Made by a program: the position numbers and the translations under genes. The notes below the pieces were generated by a model. It had not been told where the DNA came from and ran no database searches. It saw only the letters and a list, made by a program, of their open reading frames with translations. A DNA stretch of 64,000 bases. It comes from an archaeon (GTDB taxonomy: Archaea; Nanobdellota; Nanobdellia; SCGC-AAA011-G17; PNOQ01). This document shows positions 47,344-55,573 of this stretch, in pieces (position 1 is the first letter of the stretch; each line of letters starts with the position of its first letter). The stretch covers positions 6,284 through 70,283 of the forward strand of contig JABHIB010000008.1 in the NCBI GenBank assembly GCA_018671245.1. Direction: 5' to 3'.

Positions 47344-47832
47344 CTATATTAATCTAGCAATAATCTCAGTTCCATTATTAAAAAACTTAACATCAAAACT
47401 GCCATCGAAAGTAACATCACATAGAGGGCTACTCTCTAAAACAAGAAGAGGAATAAAACCATAGCTCAATTCATCTCCAGAGAAATAAACATTATCACTA
47501 CTACCGTGACTAGAAGTAATATTCATATAAGTTGCAAGAGTCTCATCCAAAACAGAGCTAAAATCCTGCTCCAAAGAATGATCAATTATACAGATCTCAT
47601 CAATCCCAGAAGGAATAGATATAGAGTTAGCATAAACAACACTACCATAATTATCGCTATAAACCTGATCAACTTTACCTTCTAGATCACTAATAAAAAC
47701 ACTATACTCTACACTATCTCCACTATCAATAACTCCAGCTATCCACTTAGCTCCTATCAATAATACAAGCACAGCTACAATGATATAGAATAAATAAATA
47801 AATGGTTGGCCTAATATCTGTCCTCGTTTCAT
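47344..47832 (-). CDS. Class III signal peptide (type IV pilin-like) protein, 162 aa
   Basis: The N-terminus is MKRGQ-ILGQPFIYLFYIIVAVLVLLIGAKW. It has an ATGA overlap with the giant gene's stop. Confidence 0.6.
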   Translation of the reverse strand: MKRGQILGQPFIYLFYIIVAVLVLLIGAKWIAGVIDSGDSVEYSVFISDLEGKVDQVYSDNYGSVVYANSISIPSGIDEICIIDHSLEQDFSSVLDETLATYMNITSSHGSSDNVYFSGDELSYGFIPLLVLESSPLCDVTFDGSFDVKFFNNGTEIIARLI

Positions 47833-50800
47833 GGATAGATTGTAAAGCTCCCTATATTATCAAAATCATCTTGACACTTAATGTAATAAACATTAGATCC
47901 TAGAGGAGCATAATGAACTAACCTATCAAAACCTGAAGACTGCATAGCATTTCCCTCTGTTTCGAACGCAAAATTAGAAACTTCATTATCATACTTACAA
48001 TTAGCTGCCTCATTCAATACAAGATATAAATAATTTTGACCAGTATAGATACTCAAAGGTTCTGGCACATCTTCATCAGACACAACATAAAATGCAGAAC
48101 TAGCACTCACTATATTATCTGCAATATCCTCACAACTAACAACAAGATTATGTAAAGTTCCGAAAGGACTTCCACTCAAAATCTCAGAATGTTCTAAAAC
48201 AAAACTAGGTCCAGCAACCTCATCGAATTCATAACTCTGACCATCCAAAGTATAGCTACACATTGTTCCACCAATCACACTCTCTGCAAACACTTGAATT
48301 AAAGGTGTTGAATCGTAAGTTAAATTCCCATCGGCAGGACTATCTATAGTAACATTGAAAGTAGGTACAATATTAAAAGATGCATTCAATGAATCAAACT
48401 GAAGATTTCCTTGGACAAGACCTTCATTACCACTATTATCTTTACATGCAAACTGATACAAATAAGTTTCAACTCCATCAAATTCAAGATCAGGAGCTCC
48501 ACTAAATACTAGATTTGTATTAAATATCTGACAATCCGTACTCTCGCTTCCAGGACAAGAAATCGGAGTTCCTCCACTAAATGAATTTTCCATAGTAGCA
48601 TACTCAGAGTTATCTTGAGAATATTTACATCCAGCTACACCATTTGAAATGTCTCCAACAATAATATTCCAGTTAACAGAGTTTGTACCTTCAGGTCTAT
48701 ATATTCCATTAGGCGGACTCATACTCAAAAACACAGGAGGTAAATAATCAGGCCTATCTCCGAACTTAACCTGTACGGAATAATAATCTTCACTAACTCC
48801 TTGATGATTTTCACTTAAATCTTCACACTTAATATAATAAGTAGCACCGCCACCCTCCTTATCAGACTCACCAAGATCAAACAAAATATCATTATTAAAT
48901 GGGAAATCAGATCTACTAAATAGAGTCATTTCACTGTACTCCATTCCACTAGCATCACCATATCTACAATTAGCCCTCTCAGATTCACCAGCATCATTAG
49001 TTGTATTGACACTTATCTTAATTGAACCTACATCTTCCCAATCATAAACTCCAGAAAGAGGAGCAATTAAATTATTCATATTATTGCTCTCAACACTCTC
49101 TAAATATTCAACATAATTACCTTCTAAATCATAAACATCTAACCTAATATAACTTACATGTGGCTCTTCTGCATCTCCAGAATCAATCGCAACACACGCA
49201 CCATTTCCAGGTTCATCATTATTTTGTATATACACGCAGTGATCATTATCTGCACCAAGAATATTACATCTATCCTCGCTACATTCCCACTGTCCTTCTG
49301 GTCCACCACATTGCCAACAGTGATCATTATTAGTATATGATTGTTCAGGAACACAACTTCCAGCATTAACACCTTCAGCAAGTTGATATATAGTGTACAT
49401 AATTCCCAAAGTTCTCAAAGCAGTATTCATGAAACTTCCAGACTCTGCAGCAACCTCATCAGAAACACTCTCAGTAAACTCATCAGTTATCCCATCTAAA
49501 TAATAATCATTATTAGGATTAACAATTTCCCAATCACCCGGACCTACTTGCACTCCATCAGCACCAAAATTAGAAACATAAGAAGAACCATATTGAGTAG
49601 AATAATCACTGACCACACCATTTGCAGCATCAAATGCTTCTTGACCACTTAATCCACTAACAGCACCAAGTATATCTCTACCCAGAGATCTTTGAATGAA
49701 AAATCTTCCAATAGCTACAGAACTCATCGCACCTTCAGAACTAAGAAGCAATCTAGCAATATCAACAATTCCTTCACCTAGATCAAACCTTCCACCTGTA
49801 GAAACCTCACTAGCCTCAAGAACTCCCTCATCATTAAAAGTTTTAGCCATAGCGAGAGTCTTAGCTAAATCTGCTTTGCCATCATCAGTCTCAGCAGAAA
49901 AATCATACTGTTCAACCTCAGCATTAACACGTTCAACATATCCACCAACACTACCTACAACTCCCCAAAATAAACTATTACCAAACATGGACCAAATAGT
50001 CTGACCAACACCGCTCAAAAATCCAGCATTATTAGGATCACAGAATGGAGCAATCTGACAGATAACATACATACCTACAGCAGTACCTACAGCAGTACCT
50101 ACAACACCACTCGCAGCATTAACAAGAGATTCCCAATTAGCACCTTCAGGAATAAAATCACAATCACCAATTAAATTACACTCTTGTTCAGTACAAATAT
50201 TAGTATAAGGATCACCACCAGCACCACAAATATTACATCTTTCTTCTAAAGCACTATCAGCAACATGCGGAGAATACTCAGGTTTAGGATTACAAGAACC
50301 CAGAGGAGACCATGCAAAATCATGATCATAATCACAAAGTTTTAACCCTTCAGCATTCTCAATATTTTCACAATCATCAGGACTACAATACTCTCCAACT
50401 AGAGGAAGTACAAGATTTCTACCAATTCCAGGAAGATAACCAAAAACATCTATCAAATGTCTTGCCTCTCCACACTCAAAACAAGCATCAGCACCATTAG
50501 TTATGAATTTGGCATTTCTTCTATCAAACTCACCAAAATCTTTTACAGTGCTTATACAAATTTTTTCACCATGAGCATAATCTTCAATAGCCTCAACTTC
50601 ACCATTCTGACATTCCAAAATATACTCTTTCAAAAACTTACTTTTCTGATCACTAGAAAAAGAACCACTATACATAGTTAAACAAAGCTGCTCGCCATTC
50701 TTAAATTCTATAGGATCGCAATCAGGACAATCAGGAACACACGCAGTAGTTATACACTCTGCATCCTCGCTGCCTCCATCTCCATCAGAATCAAAACAAG

Positions 50801-51524
50801 TGTAATCAGGATAACCACAATCATCAATAAGATCATCTCGGTTTCCATCACTATCATACCAAAATAATTTATGAATATCTCCTTCTTCAAGAGATCCACA
50901 ATTCAAACTAGTGTGACCATCAGAATCACTTAACCTAGCCGAACAAGAACTAACAGAGCTACACTCTGTATTAGCATGCCACATAATAGGATTGACACAC
51001 TGACTATTAAAATTAAATTCACAGCTACCTGCCATCTCACAACAACCAACTTGATTATCAACACACTCATTATCACAAACAGCATTATTAGTAATCATAG
51101 AATCGTGTTCACCAGAACAAATATTTTCTTCAACAACATTACAAAGGCCATTACTTTCACAACAACCTAATTTACATGCCTGAACATTTTCTTTTGGTTG
51201 AGCATAAGGAGTTCCGCCCTCTGCACTACACTGAACTCTAGGATAATTAGAAAGACATGTACCAACAGCAGGAACACAAGTATCTAGTTCGCAACTATCA
51301 TCACCATAACTACCTAAATCAGAACAGCTAGTATACTCAGCAAAACTATCACAAACACCTACATCCGCAACATCAACACAATAATCTCCATTTGGATGAG
51401 TAATACAACATCCATCTGCTGCATAAACAGGTTCACTCTCAAGAACTATTGCAAGATTAAAGATAGCAAAAATTACCAAAGCAGAAAGAAATACACTAAT
51501 CCCTTTTTTATGATTAACTAACAT
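47829..51524 (-). CDS. Giant (~1231 aa) cysteine-rich surface/membrane protein of unknown function
   Basis: The N-terminus is MLVNHKKG-ISVFLSALVIFAIFNLAIVL..VYA-ADGCC. I counted about 62 Cys by hand, about 44 of them in the first ~460 aa. There is a central Gly-rich hydrophobic pair and four C-terminal Cys-framed modules. The track start is TTG (51542), so I used ATG 51524. Confidence 0.7.
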   Translation of the reverse strand: MLVNHKKGISVFLSALVIFAIFNLAIVLESEPVYAADGCCITHPNGDYCVDVADVGVCDSFAEYTSCSDLGSYGDDSCELDTCVPAVGTCLSNYPRVQCSAEGGTPYAQPKENVQACKLGCCESNGLCNVVEENICSGEHDSMITNNAVCDNECVDNQVGCCEMAGSCEFNFNSQCVNPIMWHANTECSSVSSCSARLSDSDGHTSLNCGSLEEGDIHKLFWYDSDGNRDDLIDDCGYPDYTCFDSDGDGGSEDAECITTACVPDCPDCDPIEFKNGEQLCLTMYSGSFSSDQKSKFLKEYILECQNGEVEAIEDYAHGEKICISTVKDFGEFDRRNAKFITNGADACFECGEARHLIDVFGYLPGIGRNLVLPLVGEYCSPDDCENIENAEGLKLCDYDHDFAWSPLGSCNPKPEYSPHVADSALEERCNICGAGGDPYTNICTEQECNLIGDCDFIPEGANWESLVNAASGVVGTAVGTAVGMYVICQIAPFCDPNNAGFLSGVGQTIWSMFGNSLFWGVVGSVGGYVERVNAEVEQYDFSAETDDGKADLAKTLAMAKTFNDEGVLEASEVSTGGRFDLGEGIVDIARLLLSSEGAMSSVAIGRFFIQRSLGRDILGAVSGLSGQEAFDAANGVVSDYSTQYGSSYVSNFGADGVQVGPGDWEIVNPNNDYYLDGITDEFTESVSDEVAAESGSFMNTALRTLGIMYTIYQLAEGVNAGSCVPEQSYTNNDHCWQCGGPEGQWECSEDRCNILGADNDHCVYIQNNDEPGNGACVAIDSGDAEEPHVSYIRLDVYDLEGNYVEYLESVESNNMNNLIAPLSGVYDWEDVGSIKISVNTTNDAGESERANCRYGDASGMEYSEMTLFSRSDFPFNNDILFDLGESDKEGGGATYYIKCEDLSENHQGVSEDYYSVQVKFGDRPDYLPPVFLSMSPPNGIYRPEGTNSVNWNIIVGDISNGVAGCKYSQDNSEYATMENSFSGGTPISCPGSESTDCQIFNTNLVFSGAPDLEFDGVETYLYQFACKDNSGNEGLVQGNLQFDSLNASFNIVPTFNVTIDSPADGNLTYDSTPLIQVFAESVIGGTMCSYTLDGQSYEFDEVAGPSFVLEHSEILSGSPFGTLHNLVVSCEDIADNIVSASSAFYVVSDEDVPEPLSIYTGQNYLYLVLNEAANCKYDNEVSNFAFETEGNAMQSSGFDRLVHYAPLGSNVYYIKCQDDFDNIGSFTIYP
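50072..50107. repeat. In-frame 12-nt tandem repeat (tacctacagcag x2 plus one degenerate copy)
   Basis: Read directly from the sequence. It encodes the GTAVGTAVG part of the first hydrophobic segment of the giant protein. Confidence 0.8.
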
Positions 51525-52360
51525 AGTTTCAACAAGACACAAAATCTTACGTCCTCTCCTCCCTCAACAGGTATATCAACATACTGAAATTCTTCACAGG
51601 CATTCAAGCCATTACTACTAAATGTTAATTGATTGGCATAATTTATCTCTCCTGCTGAATAACTATATCCATAGCCAGAAAAAGGTATACCATTAATATT
51701 ACAAAATAAATTATAATCAGGATATCCAGAATAATCTCCACTATAACAACTAACGATTGCATTTCCTGCTCTCAAAGCTCTTCCCACAGGAATTTCAACT
51801 ACCGCTAAAAGACTATCTATATTTCCAACATAATCTCCTCTACTTAATTCAATAGGATAACTAATCGACTGCTTCAAACCATTGTCTGTTACTAACGGAG
51901 CTTCTAAAACCATTTCACTAATCTCATTAATAGAAAGTCCCACTCCTTCAAAAGAATTAAACACCTCATCAATACAACTATCAAGATCTAAATCTTCTTC
52001 CATGAAATTTCTAATTTCATTACCAACTCTTTCAACACTCGGTAAATAAGTTCGAGGAATACTGCCATCATAAGCAAAAGCAATATTGGTATCGTTCCAA
52101 GAAAGGCTGATCTCATCCAAAGGAGAATTTATTCCGCCTCTCAACATCACATGTCTTGCAGCTCTAAGCAAACTCTCTTCAGCACAAGATTCAATCCCAA
52201 ATCTAACAGGTTCAATCTGTGCAGAAACGAATCTCTCAGCCTCTTCTCCAGTCAACTCATCAGGAAAAATATTGCCACGTAACTGAAAAAGAAGTCCTAC
52301 AATAGCCAAAACAACAATACCTAAGATAATAAAAATCGTCACCTGTCCTCTTTTATTCAT
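51518..52360 (-). CDS. Class III signal peptide (type IV pilin-like) protein, 280 aa (first gene of operon)
   Basis: The N-terminus is MNKRGQ-VTIFIILGIVVLAIVGLLFQL. The mature part contains Cys. Its 3-prime end overlaps the giant gene's ATG by 7 nt. Confidence 0.6.
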   Translation of the reverse strand: MNKRGQVTIFIILGIVVLAIVGLLFQLRGNIFPDELTGEEAERFVSAQIEPVRFGIESCAEESLLRAARHVMLRGGINSPLDEISLSWNDTNIAFAYDGSIPRTYLPSVERVGNEIRNFMEEDLDLDSCIDEVFNSFEGVGLSINEISEMVLEAPLVTDNGLKQSISYPIELSRGDYVGNIDSLLAVVEIPVGRALRAGNAIVSCYSGDYSGYPDYNLFCNINGIPFSGYGYSYSAGEINYANQLTFSSNGLNACEEFQYVDIPVEGGEDVRFCVLLKLC

Positions 52361-52382
52361 AGGACGGAAATGTTAAAAGAAA

Positions 52383-52390
52383 TTTATAAA
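52383..52390 (-). promoter_or_regulatory. Candidate TATA box (TTTATAAA) for the pilin-like operon; spacing predicts a leaderless mRNA
   Basis: 22 nt separate the box from ATG 52360, so the box centre is about 26 nt upstream of the A of the ATG. No SD is present. Confidence 0.4.
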
Positions 52391-52416
52391 GCTTTCGTAT
52401 ATAAAACAAGAAATAA

Positions 52417-53166
52417 TTATTTGTTTTCAACTCTCGGAGCAAGAATTGTAAACATTTGTAATCTATCTGTAACTCTGTACTCAATTTGTAAAGGATAATC
52501 TTCGCCAAATTTCAAACTAACATTATCGCAAAGTTTACTTCCTTTAATTATTTTTTTAAGATACTCTACAGAATATTTTGATTTAACCTTATCTTCACCT
52601 TCAACAATTATAGAAGTTTCTTCACTCTTACCAATATTTATTTTAGCATCACTAGTATTTCCTTTAGCAAATATCTCTAATTTTTCACCTTCGGCAATTA
52701 AACCTATTGAATCTGAAATTATATCCATATCTTCTACAGCTTCATTAAAAATAACAGAGCTCATATTAATTTTTGCAGGGAATTCCAACTCAGGAATTTT
52801 TTGTTGTGCATCCTGAAGCTCTATCAATCCAAGATTAAACTTCCTAACACTCTCTCCACGAAGTTGAATATTCAATCTATTCTTTTCAGAATCAAGTTCG
52901 AGAGTAATACTATCAGAAGGTCTAGCCCTTCCAAGAATTTGTTTTAAACTAGAGAGATTAACAGAAATTATTTCTTCCCCTTCAACCTTATACTCGACAA
53001 AAGAACTGCTTAACAACCTAAGAACAATCATAGCAACATTTGCAGGATCCATTGCAACAATCTCTAACTTGTCGGAATCGAACTTCATTCTAACATCGCT
53101 AACTAATTCTGACAATACACCTACACTGTCTTTTAAAAATCTTGGTTCAGTTAATACAACTTTCAT
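52417..53166 (-). CDS. pcn: DNA polymerase sliding clamp PCNA
   Basis: 249 aa. It has the typical archaeal PCNA length and N-terminus (..FLKDSVGVLSELVSDVRMKFDSDKLEIVAMDPANVAMI) and C-terminal LAPRVE. Confidence 0.85.
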   Translation of the reverse strand: MKVVLTEPRFLKDSVGVLSELVSDVRMKFDSDKLEIVAMDPANVAMIVLRLLSSSFVEYKVEGEEIISVNLSSLKQILGRARPSDSITLELDSEKNRLNIQLRGESVRKFNLGLIELQDAQQKIPELEFPAKINMSSVIFNEAVEDMDIISDSIGLIAEGEKLEIFAKGNTSDAKINIGKSEETSIIVEGEDKVKSKYSVEYLKKIIKGSKLCDNVSLKFGEDYPLQIEYRVTDRLQMFTILAPRVENK

Positions 53167-53229
53167 TATTAATCAAGAGTGGTAGTATGATTTTGTTTTT
53201 AACTATTACTATCCTAAAGAATATAAAAG

Positions 53230-53547
53230 TTAGTAATCTCTCCAACGATGTGAACATTTAGTACACTCAAAAAATCTTGTTTCTGCCTCATCTCCGGACC
53301 TTGTTTGAACTAACCAATAATATGAATATGCATTATTACATTTCTCGCATTTATTTTTTATCTTCGGTAAAGTCTCAATCTTCTTTCCGCCATGCACTTC
53401 GATCTGTTGATTTTTTTCAAGCTCAACTTTTTCTTTCATAACTATCTTAGAAGGTTTACCCCTAGGAGTATATCCACATTTAGGACAATTTAATTTACCA
53501 ATCTCTCTATCGAGGACCATAAGTCCACCACATTTTTGACAAAACAT
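53230..53547 (-). CDS. tfs: Transcription factor S (TFS, TFIIS/RpoM-like)
   Basis: It has an N-terminal Zn ribbon CQKCGG..CPKCG and a C-terminal Zn ribbon CEKC..QTRSGDEAETRFFECTKCSHRW with the acidic hairpin. The start is ambiguous (ATG 53547, 53556 or 53559). The track start is TTG (53592). Confidence 0.8.
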   Translation of the reverse strand: MFCQKCGGLMVLDREIGKLNCPKCGYTPRGKPSKIVMKEKVELEKNQQIEVHGGKKIETLPKIKNKCEKCNNAYSYYWLVQTRSGDEAETRFFECTKCSHRWRDY

Positions 53548-53555
53548 TTCATTCA

Positions 53556-54140
53556 TCATCTTAGTATCTCCACAAAAAAGATTTTGATCCAACCAAGGTA
53601 AGGCACTTTGAAAATTGATTTACCAATAACTCGTTCTTCACTAATCTCTGTCTCACCAAGCGAATCATAACTATCTCCGTTATTATCGCCTTTTGTTTTC
53701 AAAAACCACTCCTCTTCATCTTTCCACTTATCTACAACTCTATGGATTATAGGGTAGTGCGAATTTGATTGAAAAACAATTACATCTCCCCTATTTATAT
53801 CTTTCGATTTGGAGCCATACAGCACTATTATATCACCTTTATTGAATCCATTCTTAAAAATCCACTCAGAATAATCACCTTTAGTTATTCCCCGTTTCTC
53901 ATACCATCCTTTATTCTCTTCCCACCAAATCTCAGAACCAATTCCTTCATGTTCCATGCTTCCAGAAACAACAGCAACAACAGGATGACTAGTACCACCT
54001 AGAACTAATCCCAATCCAGGATAAATAAGAAACTTAACTAACACAAATGCAATAACAAGAGAAACTATCCATGAAGCAGGACTATCACTATACCATAGAA
54101 ATTTCCAGGTTTTTTTAAGAAGAGGTTTATATTTCTTCAT
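53556..54140 (-). CDS. Signal peptidase I, archaeal/eukaryotic S26B type
   Basis: It has a single N-terminal TM, SGSMEH (catalytic Ser box), IIHRVV (His box) and KGDNNGDS (GDNN box). The track start is GTG (54149), so I used ATG 54140. Confidence 0.8.
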   Translation of the reverse strand: MKKYKPLLKKTWKFLWYSDSPASWIVSLVIAFVLVKFLIYPGLGLVLGGTSHPVVAVVSGSMEHEGIGSEIWWEENKGWYEKRGITKGDYSEWIFKNGFNKGDIIVLYGSKSKDINRGDVIVFQSNSHYPIIHRVVDKWKDEEEWFLKTKGDNNGDSYDSLGETEISEERVIGKSIFKVPYLGWIKIFFVEILR

Positions 54141-54157
54141 CAAGTTCACCTAAACTA

Positions 54158-54433
54158 TTATTTCTTGATCTTCAACTGATCAAGCAAATCATTATTATTT
54201 TTCTGTATCCTCTCAACTGCTGCCAACAAAGCCTTTTTAGGGTCTTCCTTACCATCAGTCTCAACGATTAAAATTGGACTTCCAATCTGAGGATGTTTAA
54301 CATCATAACCAGAAACTTTTATGTGAGAATCATTCCACAATTCTTTTCTAATTATATTAGCTAGAGTATGATCTTCACCAATTAATTCAATTTTAATTTT
54401 GTTTTTTTCCGATTCCAGTATTTTAATTTCCAT
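54158..54433 (-). CDS. rpoL: DNA-directed RNA polymerase subunit L (Rpo11)
   Basis: 91 aa. It has IELIGEDHTLANIIRKEL..VSGYDVKHP. Confidence 0.85.
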   Translation of the reverse strand: MEIKILESEKNKIKIELIGEDHTLANIIRKELWNDSHIKVSGYDVKHPQIGSPILIVETDGKEDPKKALLAAVERIQKNNNDLLDQLKIKK

Positions 54434-54463
54434 CTTAAGAAAGATTAAGAAATAAGCCCTATT

Positions 54464-55072
54464 TTAAAGCTTTCGTTTTAGCACCCAACAACCAACTCTA
54501 ACTGCATATTCGCCTTTTTTATGAAATTGCATAGTTTGTTTCAAAATAAATTTGAATTCCATTACACCTTCAACAAGAAAGTCATGGTCTTTACTAAGTG
54601 CCTTTATGAAATTTCCACTCTCAATTTTATGTAAAGAGTAAATTTTATCAGAAAGTTTCATAGCCTTTTCCAAAAATACCTTATCTGCATGCTCATTTTG
54701 GACACCGAAAGGAGGATTCATTAGAACACAATCTACTTTCTCAGAAAATTCGGATATATCCTTATTAACAAATACTCCTTCAACCTCACTATCTTCGGAG
54801 TTCTTCTTAGCAACCTCTATAGAATTTTTATCAATATCCACAAAATAAACTTTTTTTGCTCCGAGAATTAAAGCGCCTATACCAAAAATTCCATTACCAC
54901 AACCAAAATCTGCAACAACTTTATCTTCTATGTCTCCAGACATATAAGCGTGCCACAAGATATGTGCAGCACTATCTGAATCAGTAGGATACTGTTCCAA
55001 GCTCGCACTCACAGATTCTTGTTTTTTTAGTTTGGATAAAAAAATAGCCAAAGATTTTTTATTTAATTTCAT
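54464..55072 (-). CDS. METTL5-like N6-adenine RNA methyltransferase
   Basis: 202 aa. It has LEQYPT, VVADFGCGNGIFGIGALILGA and NPPFG. Confidence 0.65.
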   Translation of the reverse strand: MKLNKKSLAIFLSKLKKQESVSASLEQYPTDSDSAAHILWHAYMSGDIEDKVVADFGCGNGIFGIGALILGAKKVYFVDIDKNSIEVAKKNSEDSEVEGVFVNKDISEFSEKVDCVLMNPPFGVQNEHADKVFLEKAMKLSDKIYSLHKIESGNFIKALSKDHDFLVEGVMEFKFILKQTMQFHKKGEYAVRVGCWVLKRKL

Positions 55073-55535
55073 CTTCTTTTAACAGATCACCAATAGTAAC
55101 CGCATCATTTTTAAAATCTATAGATTCTTCTTTCTTACTAAGATTCTGTTCAAACTGACTTATCAGAGTAATATTCAAAAAGACTTCGAGCTTTTTTGCC
55201 AACTTAAAACTTGGCTTTAATTTATTACTTTCCAATTGATGAATCACAGAAACTTTTTCAGCAATATCTTTAGCAAGATCCTCTTGTTTTAATCCTTTTT
55301 TCTCTCTAGCTTTTTTAATCTTTTCAGAATAATCATCAACAACACAATCTATCATTTCAACAATAGGTTTAGTCTTAAGCTCTTTCTCACGCTCTATCTT
55401 TTTATCAACAACCGGCTGATTTATAGTCACAACATGACCATAACTAGAACACTCTAAACACACTTGCATATTAGCTCCTTCAACAATAGAATCGACCAAA
55501 TCTCCCACTCTCCCACACATTTCACAGATTGCCAT
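55059..55535 (-). CDS. mbf1: Multiprotein bridging factor 1 (aMBF1), Zn-ribbon + HTH
   Basis: 158 aa. It has CEMCG..CLEC at the N-terminus and a Cro/C1-type HTH (GLKQEDLAKDIAEKVSVIHQLE). Confidence 0.8.
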   Translation of the reverse strand: MAICEMCGRVGDLVDSIVEGANMQVCLECSSYGHVVTINQPVVDKKIEREKELKTKPIVEMIDCVVDDYSEKIKKAREKKGLKQEDLAKDIAEKVSVIHQLESNKLKPSFKLAKKLEVFLNITLISQFEQNLSKKEESIDFKNDAVTIGDLLKEDEIK

Positions 55536-55573
55536 AGTATCTAGTAGTTAATTAAAAATTAAAAAGATTATGG

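Noticed and set aside
51412-51524. The N-terminus of the giant protein (HKKG-ISVFLSALVIFAIFNLAIVL) as a sixth class III signal peptide.
   Set aside because: It is ambiguous. K-G followed by a hydrophobic stretch fits loosely, but it lacks Gln at +1. It is also followed by a good signal-peptidase-I site (VYA-AD). I left it unresolved rather than counting it as pilin-like.
53556-54140. The signal peptidase gene as the missing prepilin peptidase for the pilin-like operon.
   Set aside because: It has the S26 Ser/His boxes (SGSMEH, HRVV, GDNN) and a single TM. PibD/FlaK/EppA-type peptidases are polytopic aspartyl proteases with GxGD-like motifs.
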